A DNA stretch of 62,996 bases, the filler included, from Reticulomyxa filosa (lineage: Eukaryota > Protista > Foraminifera), in the NCBI GenBank assembly GCA_000512085.1. It is 21 parts of 21 records of this genome, joined end to end, with 100 filler letters (N's around TTAATTAATTAA, not from the genome) between each part and the next. Parts side by side here need not be neighbours in the genome. Positions count along the whole stretch, not along the records: positions 26,896 to 28,144 come from ASPP01015141.1; positions 28,245 to 29,244 come from ASPP01042205.1; positions 29,345 to 30,522 come from ASPP01014829.1; positions 30,623 to 36,406 come from ASPP01006539.1; positions 36,507 to 37,667 come from ASPP01040017.1; positions 37,768 to 39,913 come from ASPP01024622.1; 15 more parts are not named here. One strand, given 5' to 3'. This document shows, in pieces, positions 27,277 through 40,013 of this stretch. The notes beneath the pieces were generated by a model. It was not told the DNA's origin. It worked only from the letters and a program-made list of their open reading frames with translations, and did not search any database. Numbering within the stretch: the first letter of the stretch is position 1; every line of letters begins with the position of its first letter. Position numbers and translations under genes: made by a program.

Positions 27277-28144
27277 ATGCCTCGCCAACGCTCCAAACAG
27301 CAAGTCCCCAAAAAAAATATTTCAGCTGTTGAGCATAAAATGCTGCAAGTCGCAGTACAAGAGCTGGAACAACAAATGAAGCCAAAAGAAGGAGAAGACG
27401 GCGTGCGTCCAAGTGATATCTACGAAGCTTTAAAGTAAGGAATTTTTCGAAAGTCTCGTTTCACACTAATTTTATTAGCATCTCAAAAGAGTCCCAATCC
27501 TTAAAAAAAAAAAAAAAAAAAAATCTAAAAATTTTTCATTTCCACTCAGAAGCCGACCTCGTTGGAAAGAAGTAAACAAGGATTTCTTAATGAGCAACAT
27601 TAAAACTTGTAATCCGACTCATATGATTGTTCAGCCTTTGCAAAAAAAAAAAAAAAAAGGGAGGAGTGGTACCCTTTGATAACAATAACAAAAAAATAAA
27701 AAATAAAATAAACAATATTATCGAACATAGATATGGACTCTCCTGCAACAAAAAAAAGAAAGAAAAAGAAAAATCCGGCAATAGCTAATAATGTACCGTT
27801 GCAAGCCCAAGCAGTAAAAAAAGACACCGCCGCGGGAAATCGCACCTCACAAGAAACAGACAATGCGACACAAGTTCAATCACAATCACAATCACAGTCA
27901 CAACAATTGCAATCGCAACAAAATAAAGTATCATTAATCGCTCAAAAAAGAAACTTTACCGAAATGAGCGGCAGTGACGGCGACGTGAAAAGCAACGAAA
28001 AGAAAGAGAAGGATGACGTTTCAAAGCAAGACGAAGCAGCATTGGATGTCAAGAAACAAAGAACAAAAGAGCAGCAGCAGCAGCAGCAACAGACAGGAGT
28101 GAAAAGAAAGAGAAAGGAGGGAGCAAGACCCGGCATGACACAAG
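27277..28144 (+). CDS. Hypothetical low-complexity (Q/K/S-rich) protein, 5' part
   Basis: ATG at 27277, short exons, QS repeats and basic NLS-like clusters. Confidence 0.5.
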
Positions 28145-29345
28145 NNNNNNNNNNNNNNNNNNNNNNNNNNNNNNNNNNNNNNNNNNNNTTAATTAATTAA
28201 NNNNNNNNNNNNNNNNNNNNNNNNNNNNNNNNNNNNNNNNNNNNAATTTAACTTTTTTTAAAAAAAGGGAAGTGGTTGACCCTTTTGAAAAAGCAAAAAA
28301 ACAACAGCAACGTATTTTACATGGACGTTTTTTTATAACAAAAAAATTGCACACAATTGAAAAAAAGAACTAATCGATCATATCTCTTTGAAGCATAAAC
28401 AACATCAAAGCATTCAATTATTGTACCGAGAATATTCCGCAAGCTGTCATACAAAAAGCATAACACTATTCTTCATGCTTTCATTAATGTTGTCAAGGAA
28501 ATAATAAAAAATAATTAAAGTAAATACAATAAAATAATAAAATCAAGGAGCAATGAGTGATAAGATTAAGTTGCCTCCTGACCTCCACGAGGTATTTGAC
28601 ACATTAAACGAATTAAAGCGTACCACCTTGTGAGGTTTTAGCATTCCAGTTCGGTATATCACTCATTATAAAAAACCTGAAACGGACGACTCTAGCACAG
28701 CGGAAGCAAATCTATCTGGTGGACACGGTGTTGGTAGTATGTAAGAGGACACTAAAACAGCCATTGATTCGGGCCAACTTATTTCCAATACTGTCTCAGA
28801 TGTTAAACGAAACGAGCCACACCCGTACTCTGTCTGGCGTTATACAATACAAAGCAATCAATTCTGTTAAAGGTGTATGTGAATTGGACGTTGGGCAAAA
28901 GGAGCACGTGGGCACGTTTGAAGCTAGATACGTCGCAAACCTCCGTGAAACGCAAAGTATCCCGTGCAGTTTGCTCTTTGATGTTGTCTTGCAGAATGTT
29001 CAATACTTGCACGTATGCATTATACTTTGTTGCTATCGTGCTCGCTCAGTGATACCAGCACGTTGGCCGGAAATAAAGTCTCATCCACACAAGTTGACAG
29101 TCTTGCTTATTGTCTTGTCGTCAGTTTGAATCCCATTGACTTTTGCTCAGTTTCGAATTTGTGTTTACAAGAAAAAATAAGTTAATATTACTGTGATCAC
29201 TACTAGATGCTTTGGGTTTCATGTAATATCATATTTTTCCTTTTNNNNNNNNNNNNNNNNNNNNNNNNNNNNNNNNNNNNNNNNNNNNTTAATTAATTAA
29301 NNNNNNNNNNNNNNNNNNNNNNNNNNNNNNNNNNNNNNNNNNNNC

Positions 29346-29522
29346 CTGCAACTGAGCATCCGCCACGACGGCGACACCCGTTACCTGAGCCGTAGCGCCG
29401 AACTGGCCGCCACGCTGGACGCGGCCAGCGTGCGCGCGCTGGCCAGCGGGCTGCAACTGGACCGCAACCTGGCCCTGTTGCTGACCCTGCCCGAGCCCAA
29501 ACTGATGGAGACCCAACCTTGA
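29346..29522 (+). CDS. Bacterial M16 peptidase (PqqL/FusC-like) C-terminus
   Basis: High-GC codons. LSIRHDGDTRYL...LDAASVRALA...NLALLLTLP resembles M16 C-termini. Its TGA (29520-29522) overlaps the next start. Confidence 0.5.
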   Translation: MQLSIRHDGDTRYLSRSAELAATLDAASVRALASGLQLDRNLALLLTLPEPKLMETQP

Positions 29523-30522
29523 ATACCCTGCGTCAATTCTGGCAACTGGCCGCCCCGTACTGGCGCTCGCGCCACAACTGGCAGGCCTGGCTGCTGCTGC
29601 TGGCCATCCTCGGCATGGGCCTGATCCTGGTGCAGATGAATGTGTGGCTCAATTTCTGGAACAAGGACTTCTACGACGCGCTGGGCGCGCTGGATACGCC
29701 GCGCATCTACCCGCTGCTGGGCCGTTACTGCCTGCTGATCAGCGCCGCCGTGGTGGTGGCGGTGGCGCTGGACTGGGTGCGCAAGCTGCTGATCCTGCGC
29801 TGGCGCGAAGCGATGACGCGCCAGCTGGTAGACGCCTGGCTGGCCGAGCGCGCCTTTTACCGCCTGGGCCTGCACGGCGAGCCGGACAACCCCGACCAGC
29901 GTATTGCCGAAGACGTGAACCTGCTGGTGACCGACAGCATCGACCTGTTGCGCTCGCTGGTGTCGGCGGTGGCCAAGCTGCTGTCGTTCGTGTTCATCCT
30001 GTGGCAGCTGTCCAGCAACCTGACGCTGCCGTGGGGCGACGGCCAACTGGTGGTGCCCGGCTACCTGCTGTGGTTTGCGCTGGGCTACGCGCTGTTCGGC
30101 GCGCTGCTGACGCACTGGATCGGCAATGAACTGACGCGGCTGAACGTGCAGCAGCAACAGCGCGAGGCCGACCTGCGCAGCACGTTGCGCCACCAGCGCG
30201 AACACGCCGAGCAGATTGCGCTGTACGGCGGCGAGCCGTGGGCACGGCGCCACGTGGCCGACGACTTTGCCGGCGTGGCGGCCAACTGGTACCGCATGAT
30301 GCAGCGCGAGCGCAACCTGGGCCTGTTCAGCACCAGCTACAACTACATCAACAGCATGGTGCCGCTGTTTGCCGCGCTGCCGGCGTTTTTGTCCAAGTCG
30401 CTGACGCTGGGCGGGCTGATGCAGGTGAACTCGGCTTTCATGCAGGTGAGCAATGCGCTGAGCTGGTTTGTACGTGCCTACGACGAGCTGGCGCGCTGGT
30501 CGGCGTCGGTGCAGCGTTTGCA
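29519..30522 (+). CDS. Bacterial ABC transporter membrane domain, YddA/FusD/SbmA-BacA family, 3'-truncated
   Basis: FWQLAAPYW, WNKDFYDAL, DNPDQRIAED, EAA-like READLR...EHAEQIALYGGE, TLGGLMQ..SAF.QV..ALSWFV. TTG start with GGAG upstream, no introns, very high GC. Confidence 0.92.
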
Positions 30523-30639
30523 NNNNNNNNNNNNNNNNNNNNNNNNNNNNNNNNNNNNNNNNNNNNTTAATTAATTAANNNNNNNNNNNNNNNNNNNNNN
30601 NNNNNNNNNNNNNNNNNNNNNNAAAAAAAAAAAAAGGAT

Positions 30640-32163
30640 CAACCTGAATGACAGATCTTTTACTTTGGAAGACGCCTTTTTCCAAGTCGGAAACCAACGA
30701 ATTGACGACCTGTTGAGCGTCTTGAATGTTAGTGCCAATGATGCCATTAGGAGCTCGTCCACACCAGCCGGTGGCGTACAGCAAAGGTTCGCCAACGATT
30801 TGGCCAAACGTATTGGCGACGCAGTGTTGCTTTTGGTCCCAAGCGGACGACAGCAGCGACTGGTCGATAGGTGTGGCTTGATATCCGACAGAGCGCAAGA
30901 GCAAATCGCAAGGAAACTCAACAAGCGAGTTGGGATCAGTAGCGACAACAGATTCAGCAGTCTGTTGAAACGCAGACCCTTTCAAGATATTGCGTCGACA
31001 TAAGAGTTTCGTTATTCTGCGTGTGTGGTTATTGGTATCCATGACAATGCCAAAAGGGGACAACAAAAAGCGGAAAAACACCGACGTTCCAGAACCAGAA
31101 GAAAAGAAGAAGAAGAAGAAGAAGAAGAAGAAGAAGAAGGAAGAATTGCACATTTTTGAAAAATGTCAAGCTTGCGCTGTGTCGCACGATCTTCTTTGGC
31201 TTCTTGTTTAGAAGCATCATTGAGCGAGTCATGCAACTCGTTTTGGAACAGAAAGCATTGATAGTTGGGTTCCAAAGGATTGGTGTTATCGTTGTTTGTG
31301 TTGACATTTTTGTTGTCAATGAGTTCGCGCAGCTCTTTATTGGTGAACGAAGCTTGCAGCAAGCCCCTTCTTCCGATCGCGGAAATGTGAAATCGCTTGG
31401 TACGAGGATGCAAAGCGTGAATGACATGGCCAGGCATATCACTTTTGTTGTGCAAGCGATCCAAGGAACAACATAACACACGTATACAATCCAATGCCAC
31501 GTTGCCATTGCCAATCACGACAATATGAAGGGTATCTTTACTATTCTTATCACTGACATTCCTCAATAGCTGCGCATACTTTGGCTGGTTCGTATACCAG
31601 GGATGTCCGTTGTACCAATTCACAAACTCACGTGCCGATAGAATGTTATCACAATCATCTTCGTGCTGTAGCTTCAACATGCGGTCGCTTGACGCACCAC
31701 AAGACAACACCACACTGTCGAACATGTCTCGCAATTCTTTTAGTGATACATGCTTCTTGTCTTTGCTTTCCTTCCTTTTTTCACCCACACTCACGTTCCC
31801 ATAATATGACACTCGCTCGTCCAATAGCACCGTGCTGAAATCATTCATCACGTTTTTTGTTTCCAAATGGTCTGGTGCTACTCCGTAACGGACCAAACCG
31901 AAAGGACATGGTAATTCCTCGACACTTTTTTTTAAAATTTTTTTTTTTACAAAGTGCTTTTCATAGCCTCTCCACCCTTCTCCTTTTACTCTTCACAAAA
32001 TTACAAACATCGAAATTCGGATGTTGGGCACTTTTTTTAGCAAATATTTGGCAGTATAGAAACCACTTGGACCACTACCAATGATACATGTGGAAATCAT
32101 TGGGGCCGGATTTGCTGAAGTAAAACAGCGTCGAGATGCACGGAACAACGCCAAACGCAACAT
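30640..32163 (-). CDS. FDXR: Mitochondrial NADPH:adrenodoxin (ferredoxin) reductase
   Basis: Presequence MLRLALFRASRRCFTS; CIIGSGPSGFYTA; intron 31925-32008; PFGLVRYGVAPDH; SAREFVNWYNGHP; IGNGNVALD; GRRG; RSVGY; YATGW.GR.P.G.IGTN. One-base frameshift in the TCT repeat at ~31102-31105. Confidence 0.93.
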
Positions 32164-33263
32164 TGTTGTGAATGATCAAGAGAATTACCCTTTTGAGTTT
32201 TTTTCCTTCGCTCTTTTTACTCGTTATCGAAACTAAAACCTGTTTTTTTGTTCCCAAGTTTCAATTCTTTGCTTTATCGTTTATTGCAAAAGTAATGGGT
32301 AAATATGAAAAACATCAATAGGGATTTGCTCGTTATTTTATGTATATGTTCTCTCCAAGCTTTACCAACATAAAATCCGGAAACACATTTTTTAAATGGA
32401 CAGACAACAATTTAAATAAATTTTAGTTTTGTAATTGATTTATTTTGGCTGCTCATGACCATTAAAAAAAAATTACTCTTTTCGCAGAACAGTCGTCTTT
32501 TTTATTTGTTTTTTTTGGTACGTTGCAATTGAAATGACCTACATCATTCAATGGATGATATGTTACAGAAATTGATTTCATAAGATAAGCATGCTTGTCA
32601 AAAAAAAGCGCAAAGAAGATGAGTAAAGTGAGCGAATTCAACCCCAGACAAAAATGCATGATAAAGTATGCGTAGTTTTTGGCGCTCGGGCAATCATTGA
32701 TTATGGGAGCAGTATAAACAGATAAATGGAATGTTTTCTTGTTTAATAATAGTTATTATTATTGTCGATAGGTAAGGACAGTGAATAAACTTCATTCATC
32801 CTCCACGAATGAATGTATAAAAACAACAAAGGAAAAAAATAAAAATAATTAAAAATGTTATTAGACAAAGCATGGACGAAAAAAAACAAAAACCGTGTTA
32901 CGTCATTTTATGTGGCTGTTCGGTGGTTGTACCACAGTCGCACTTGTAATGTATTGGCTGGAACACCATTGACGTATTCAAAGCAAACGGTGACATCAGC
33001 AGAGGGTTGTGCTTGTGACTATGCCATAAACGAAACTACAATTTGATTTTTGTGTACATATGTAAACATATAATAACTCTTTGTTTTGTTTTTTATACTA
33101 TATCCCAAAAAGTATTCACAATAACAAATCAAAAAAAAAAAGGAACACTGAGGACTATCGAAAAAAAAGTAGATACGTAAGTTTTCGCTTTTGATTTATT
33201 TTTGCGTCACAAAAAACAAAAAGGACTAGTGAGCAGAGGGAAACGAAGTGCACAAATACTCAC

Positions 33264-33744
33264 CTTCACCAAAAAATCTTGGAGACATTGTTCTTGATCC
33301 TTTTGCGAGTTTTCTTGCGTCTGAATTTTTTTATCAGAGTTGAGAGATTGTTCGTCGACGTCATTTTCAAGGTAAACGTCCCAATCTGTGCAGTTTTGTT
33401 TCTTCATCCGAACACAACGTCGACAAGGACGTGATTGATCACATGCTACATTTATTTTGCAAATAAATAAATAAAAAGCCATTTTGTGCAATAATATTTC
33501 GTTGGATTACCAATTTTTTTTTTAAACCGATTGATACACGCCAACATTAAACAAAAAACATAAGTAAACTTACCTGCTTTGCTTCGACGGCAATTGTTGC
33601 ATGCTATCGTAACAAAAAATAAAAGTGTTAAAAGGTCTTCCACTTTGCTGCAAAAAAAAAGTACCTACTGAAGTTTTCTTTCGGTGAGTTGAAGGATGTT
33701 TCACTTCTCTGCGACGTTGGTTGATTACTTCGTTCACTGAATTC
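33264..33744 (-). CDS. Zn(II)2Cys6 (GAL4-type) transcription factor; exons encoding the DNA-binding domain
   Basis: Exons ~33744-33665, 33603-33574 and 33445-33264 splice to RKKTSVACNNCRRSKAACDQSRPCRRCVRMKKQNC (six Cys, canonical spacing). Further exons likely on both sides. Confidence 0.85.
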
Positions 33745-34439
33745 CTTCAATATAGATAAAACGAAATAGGCAAAACAATGTCAAACACGCGAAAAACGGA
33801 GCGTTTGCACAGTATCTTGTCGACGAAATGTACACATACAAAAATCAAAAATGAACATAACTGTAGCATTTCTTGCGGAGGAACTTTGTTCAGCAGAAAG
33901 CCAAATCTTACTTGCGATGCCAAGAAAACACTAGATTTTGTTAGCTTCCCTTTCAAGAAAGAATCTGCTGTGCAATAAATCACACCTCTGCACTATTTTG
34001 CACTAATCATTAATATTTATTTTTGATTTTTGCTTTGCTTGACTACAAATCAGAAGTAACAATACTTTTGAAAACACGGTTAGTTTGCTTCTAAAAAATA
34101 TTTTTATAATCTGACTTTTGAAACTGGATTAGGTGAAAAGTTTTGTGATAAATAAGTATAAGGAAGAATCAAACAAATCATTTGTAACTGTTATTAAAAA
34201 AAAGATTATTGCTTTAATCATTAAAAATTGTGGAAAATTATATGTTCCTGAAAGATATTGTTGTTCCAGCAAGATATCTACGCGTTATATCTTGTTATAA
34301 AGTTATTTTTTCTGTTTAGTATCTCGATATATTCATAAAGGAATATTGTTGTAACATAGTCGGAACAACTGTAGAATATCGACATATATTATATATTGTT
34401 AAAGTTACTGGAACATTATTGTGACATATTGCTGAAAAA

Positions 34440-36406
34440 TATAATTTGCAATGGATTCGAAAGACAACATACAATTTATGTTGTCAGTGTATGCAACAAA
34501 ATCGATTAATAGAAAAAGAAAAAAATAACTAGAAAGCGATAATTATGGTCATCAGCAATTAAATCACAAGCCAATAAATAACGGCAAAAAATTGAAGTGA
34601 AAGCTATATCATTGGAAAAAATTCATGAAAAGTTGATGAAATAGAAAAAAAAAATGAATGAAAAAAATGAAACAAAAAATAAAACACAAGAACAGAAAGA
34701 ATGAAGAAAATATTTGGAAGAAAGCAGAAAAATTTGTCGAAAATTTTTCTGCAACATTAGTCATTAATCATGTCAAAGGACTAATGCTATTATCTGCATA
34801 ATCATTGATTCGATTTATGGGACTTGATTCAAAATATATACAGCCAATAATTAAGGTTAATACAAATTCGTCAGTCGGAGAATACTTATGATAATTTAAC
34901 ACAAAATATTCAACATTCGGAGTTATAATATATTGTAAAAAGATTTAATAATATTTACAACAATCAATCAGATCAAAACGATGCAAAAACGATAATAAAA
35001 TTTGTGATGCAAAAGTGCAATATTTTTAAAAATTGTTTGCACATGAGGCAAAAAAGAATATATTAATAATCAAGCTTGAATCGTTATGTATTAATCAAAA
35101 ATATCAATTTACGCAAATCGAAAAAGAAATCATTGACATACTTGCAGAATAAAATTATAACGCTAAAGAAATTTATCGATTCAATTGTTTACAAATTGTA
35201 AAGATATTGATAGTATCATCAGAAGAAGTTAAGATCATTTTAAATGATAATACCTTTATTGATTATCGACAAGTGAAATGCGAATTATTAGTAATTATCG
35301 TAGTTGCCAAAAAAATCAGTCAAATAATGTCAGAAATACTATGATTTGGGTCATATTGCAAATGAATGCAATAGAAAACAAGTCTGCAAGTATTATGGCA
35401 TAATAAATCATAGTTCGGCGAAATGTAAATTTTAAAAATCAGACAAAAACTCAGTATTACATTTAACAAACTTGAAACTGAGATTATCGAAAGAAAAAAG
35501 AATTAAATGATCAACTACAGACAGAAAGAAAATCCCGCAGCAATGGCAATAATGACAAAACCAAAGAAACAGTTAAATGTGCTAGATCATAAAAATAACC
35601 TAACAAAAATATGGATTAGTAACATTGTAGGACATATTCAGACAAAAAATAACCAAAAGAAAGACAATGAAAAACAGCATTCGTACATTCACAATAAAAA
35701 TGATATTTCATATTTTCGTGATGAAATGTCAAATTTAATAGCCATAATTGATAAATTGAGTTCATTCATTGCTATTAATTGAACGCAATTTATACAATTC
35801 TTCAAATGATTTATCATCATTCAATGCAAATGAAACAACAGACTAAGATATGGCTCAATGTTAAGTTATATCAAAATTTATCAAAAACAAGCCTTGGTGG
35901 AGTAATAAATTGCATAAGCAAAGACAAAATATTTATCGATTAAAAAGAAACTTTAGAAAAAATATGAAATCAGAAAATTATAAAATGTACAAAGAAATTA
36001 CGAAGAAAAAGTGACAGAAGCAATCAGACATGTGTCTGCATACAAATCACAAGGTCCTGATAATGTCAATAATTTGTGCTAAAAAATATTGGACAAAGTT
36101 TGATTCACTTGTGATGCTCTTTGGATGGAATTACAAAATCGATTATTTTCCCAAAGCATGGAAAAAGGCAAATGTTTCAATTCCCAAACAGATCGTGATC
36201 CAAGTATTTGTAAAAATTCAATTCTTTCATGTGTTGGGAAATTGATGGAACACATTGTGACAATGAGGTTAATGATATATTTGAATAAGCGTCAAATGCT
36301 GTATCAAATCAGAACTTCAGTACTAGCACAACAAATCTGAATTGTTCATGAGACTGTCAGAATCAGTATATTTATTACTTACAGTATATTGCAAAAAAAA
36401 CTGCCA
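34440..36406 (+). mobile_element. Decayed non-LTR retrotransposon (gag-like ORF1 knuckles and RT N-terminus)
   Basis: Degenerate CCHC knuckles CQKYYDLGHIANEC...CKYYGIINHSSAKC at ~35328-35430. RT motifs KSQGPDNV, YFPKAWKKANV.IPK and ILSCVGKLMEHIV..RL at ~36045-36300. Many stops and frameshifts; left boundary approximate. Confidence 0.8.
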
Positions 36407-36506
36407 NNNNNNNNNNNNNNNNNNNNNNNNNNNNNNNNNNNNNNNNNNNNTTAATTAATTAANNNNNNNNNNNNNNNNNNNNNNNNNNNNNNNNNNNNNN
36501 NNNNNN

Positions 36507-37140
36507 AATGGAGGCCTTTGTTCATCACCAGGGATAGGCTTATAATACATTCTCACTTTGTAATGAGTGGCCTGAGCAATTTCAATCGCCACTTGCAAGT
36601 CAAAGCGCTTCCTTCCCAAAAACCTCCATTTTTCCGACTCAAAGTCTACAGTGGCGGTCAATCCCCATTGCAACATCAAAAAGCCTAATTCTTTTTTTTT
36701 TTTTTTTTTTTTTAATAATTGTAGAATATTTTTGGTTCGGCTCTTTGCTTTCTTCTTCCTCTGCATCAGCAGCAGTACTCGTAAATGCCGTCGCCACCCA
36801 GACTCGCAATCATAAAATACTCCTCCAATATCTGCTCATCAGGTAGTTATAGAGTCCGGTTTCGAATCTGCATTTTGTGTGATTTGTTTGAGCAGTCATT
36901 CCATCGCTTCGAGCTAGTGCGAAGCAATCCCATAATGCATCATTGTTCCATTCGCGGAGTTCGAAATAACTCACACTTTCAAAATCTCCATTTCTGGTCA
37001 GCTCCAATATAATCGTTTTCTTGAATAATTTTTCCACCACTTGTCGACGCAGTGGTACTCGCTTTCGATTCTTTGCTGAATCTCCGATAGCCATTGATTT
37101 AGTGATGATTACTGCGCTGCTGAAGGAACTAAGGACTTTT
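36507..37140 (-). pseudogene. Sphingosine/long-chain-base kinase (DAGK family), disrupted
   Basis: IASLGGDGIYE followed by a stop, and GFLMLQWGLTATVDFESEKWRFLGRKRF (SPHK pattern). The intervening GSGN region is missing and a frameshift lies near 36847. Confidence 0.65.
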
Positions 37141-39189
37141 CTTATTCAATGTGAACCTCTTTTCTTTGAGAGAAACGTTGGAAAATTCAACCCGCTCGAA
37201 CTTGCTGTTCGTTGCTTTTGCACGCTTTGGTGCACTTTCGCAGAAAATCAGAATAACGCAAGTAACGCTTTAGTAGGCTCTGCAGACTGGTTAGCACACA
37301 CTCATACAATACTATATTGTTGTCAAAGTAAATCGAAAGATAGTTGGAATTTTTATTTCAAAGTGTAATGATAACGTCGTCAAAAATTCTTACTTGATAT
37401 TTTTCCCACCCTCTTAACAAAGGTGCAACTTGAAAAAGTCGAATAAAATTATTTTTGCAACAATATTCATTATTTCTTATATTAGAATAGTTTTATTTGA
37501 AGTTTCTGCAAAAACATAATAATAAAGTTTTGTTTGTAAAAAAAAATAAAAAAAAATTAACTTTCATTACAACATCAAAAAAATATTTTCAAAAATTATT
37601 TTTGGTCCTCAGAAGTCTTTTATCGTTCATTGTTCACATAGGATTTTTTTTTGTCTTATATTAAAAANNNNNNNNNNNNNNNNNNNNNNNNNNNNNNNNN
37701 NNNNNNNNNNNTTAATTAATTAANNNNNNNNNNNNNNNNNNNNNNNNNNNNNNNNNNNNNNNNNNNNTGGCAAGTTTGTATTTGCTACACACCACTTTGA
37801 TGTCATCACCGAGTTGAGTTTAATGCACCTTGCGATTTAAGCTCTTTTTGTGCTTGAAAAATATAAGGACAATGAATTGAATTAAGTTTGATTCTTTGCT
37901 TTACTGACACTGACCATTCAGTTTATTTGATTTGGTTTTACAAAGTTCTGTGAACCTTTCCGTTGAAATTTGCACTTTGGTACACTTTTGAAAGATTCAA
38001 AAAAAGCATCCGCTTAAATAAACGGAGTTGTGTTTAATAGAAGGGAGGAAAAGTAATGGTAATAATATTGATAATAATAAAAGAAAAATGATGATGTTGG
38101 AAAAAGTTTTGAGAATAATTTTTCACACACTTCTGCTAGTGGTGGAAATAATGTACTTTGGTTTTTCGGCGGATTTTGTGACACTAGTTTCCTGTTTTTT
38201 TTTTTGGCCTTTTTTTTTTTGCATCATTCTTTTGTCCAGTATTGAACAATAAAGCGGGTGCACTCTCATAGGCAGACCAATCCATTTCATACTTTTGTAT
38301 GAAAGTCACATATGCCTTTTTCCATCCTTTTTTCTTTCCTTTGATGCAAAGGTTATCCGATTTTACAACTGAAGGATCAATGTTTACCGTATTATTGGTT
38401 TGCTGAAACTCATTGGCACTCGAAATGTCAATGTATTTGGTGCAAGACTTCCTGTCAATGAGTTTCAAAAACAACATTATGTATTCCTTTTTTAAAAAAA
38501 AAAGACAAAATGGATCTTTTTGCAATGTATTGCAAAGCATACCTTCTCGACACAAGGTGACTGTGGCCTTCAAAAGGAAATCATACGTATGTAAGAACTC
38601 TGTATCAGCGTGCAGAAAGCTTTGAGGGATCACAATTTTCATTAAGAATATCTTTCATCAATTGTGTCACATTCTTGAACCATTGCATAACTGATTTTTG
38701 TGCCAAAAAAGCTGATAAAAAAATTGGATGAACATCATGCTTTGAATGAAATTTGTTTGAAATAATTGGAATAAAAAAAAAGAACAGGGAAGGGATCTAC
38801 CCCAGCACCATCTGCACCCAAAACACGCGTATGACCCTTGCCGGAGACTGTAGGGGGCCAAAACCGCCGGCACTGAGTAACCGACATTCAGAACGCGTAC
38901 TGAGAGGTGACCTTATTATACCTTTCGCCAGTACAATTTCACGTACCAGATTAAGCATTGTTAAATGGATTTTTTTTTATAATAGACAACAGAGTCAATT
39001 GTATTGCTACATTGATTGTTTACAGTTAAAAAATTTGTAATGACTGTAAACACAATAAAATTTGATCTTTTATTTTAAAAAAATTACAAATAAAACAAAT
39101 TTTAGTTATTAATAATTAAGTAAATTGTTTAAATGGTATAATTCAAGTCATCAAATATATCAAATAATTATTCAAAATGACAAACAAAA

Positions 39190-39913
39190 AAAAAGCATTA
39201 TCCTTCTGTTGTCTTATAAGCACCAAATTTGAATTGTACGATCAGCGGAACATGATGTAATTCGATCCCCATTTTTAGATATATTCACACACAATATACC
39301 ATTGTAATGACCTTACAATTTTTTTATTTACTTTACTAATTTTATGTCATAAATTCGAATTGCATCATTACGTGAATATGATGCAAGTGTTAAACTATCT
39401 GGAAAATATTTTAAAGCGTTTGCATAATTTAGACTTCCTTTCAATATTTTAGATCTTTTTCATGTTATATTTTTTGTTATAATTTTTAAATCCGCTGAAC
39501 TATATGCAATATGTTGTCTATCTAGAGAAAATATTACATAGTTGTGCAAACATAGAATTTGAATTGTTTCAATATTTTACCAAAATTTTAAATCATATAT
39601 TTAACTAAGTTTATTTTAGTATTCATTATATTAATTCATGTAGAAATATACAATAACTGAATCATTCTATCGATTGAACATGAAACAACATTATTTCCAT
39701 ATGGTGAAAATTTTGCGATAAATATATTATTGTTATGCCATCTGAAAATCATAATTTCTTTTCCCAAAGAAATGTCCCATATTCGAACAGTATTATCGTT
39801 TGATGACGAAACAATTTTTTTGCCATCACCAGAAAGCATTACACTATTTACTATGTCGTCATGATAGATTAAAATTTTTAATAATCGAAAGCCGATTATC
39901 TATTCATAAATCA
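39190..39913 (-). pseudogene. WD40-repeat pseudogene
   Basis: HDDIVNSVMLSGDGKKIVSSSNDNTVRIWD, then further WD repeats with stops and frameshifts. Confidence 0.85.
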
Positions 39914-40013
39914 NNNNNNNNNNNNNNNNNNNNNNNNNNNNNNNNNNNNNNNNNNNNTTAATTAATTAANNNNNNNNNNNNNNNNNNNNNNNNNNNNNNN
40001 NNNNNNNNNNNNN

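Noticed and set aside
29381-30333. Long antisense and alternative-frame ORFs over the ABC gene
   Set aside because: Shadow ORFs expected from high-GC codon bias.
29345-32163. Ferredoxin-uptake-like bacterial genes next to a ferredoxin reductase, or HGT into the host
   Set aside because: Separated by a spacer, with different composition and no physical linkage.
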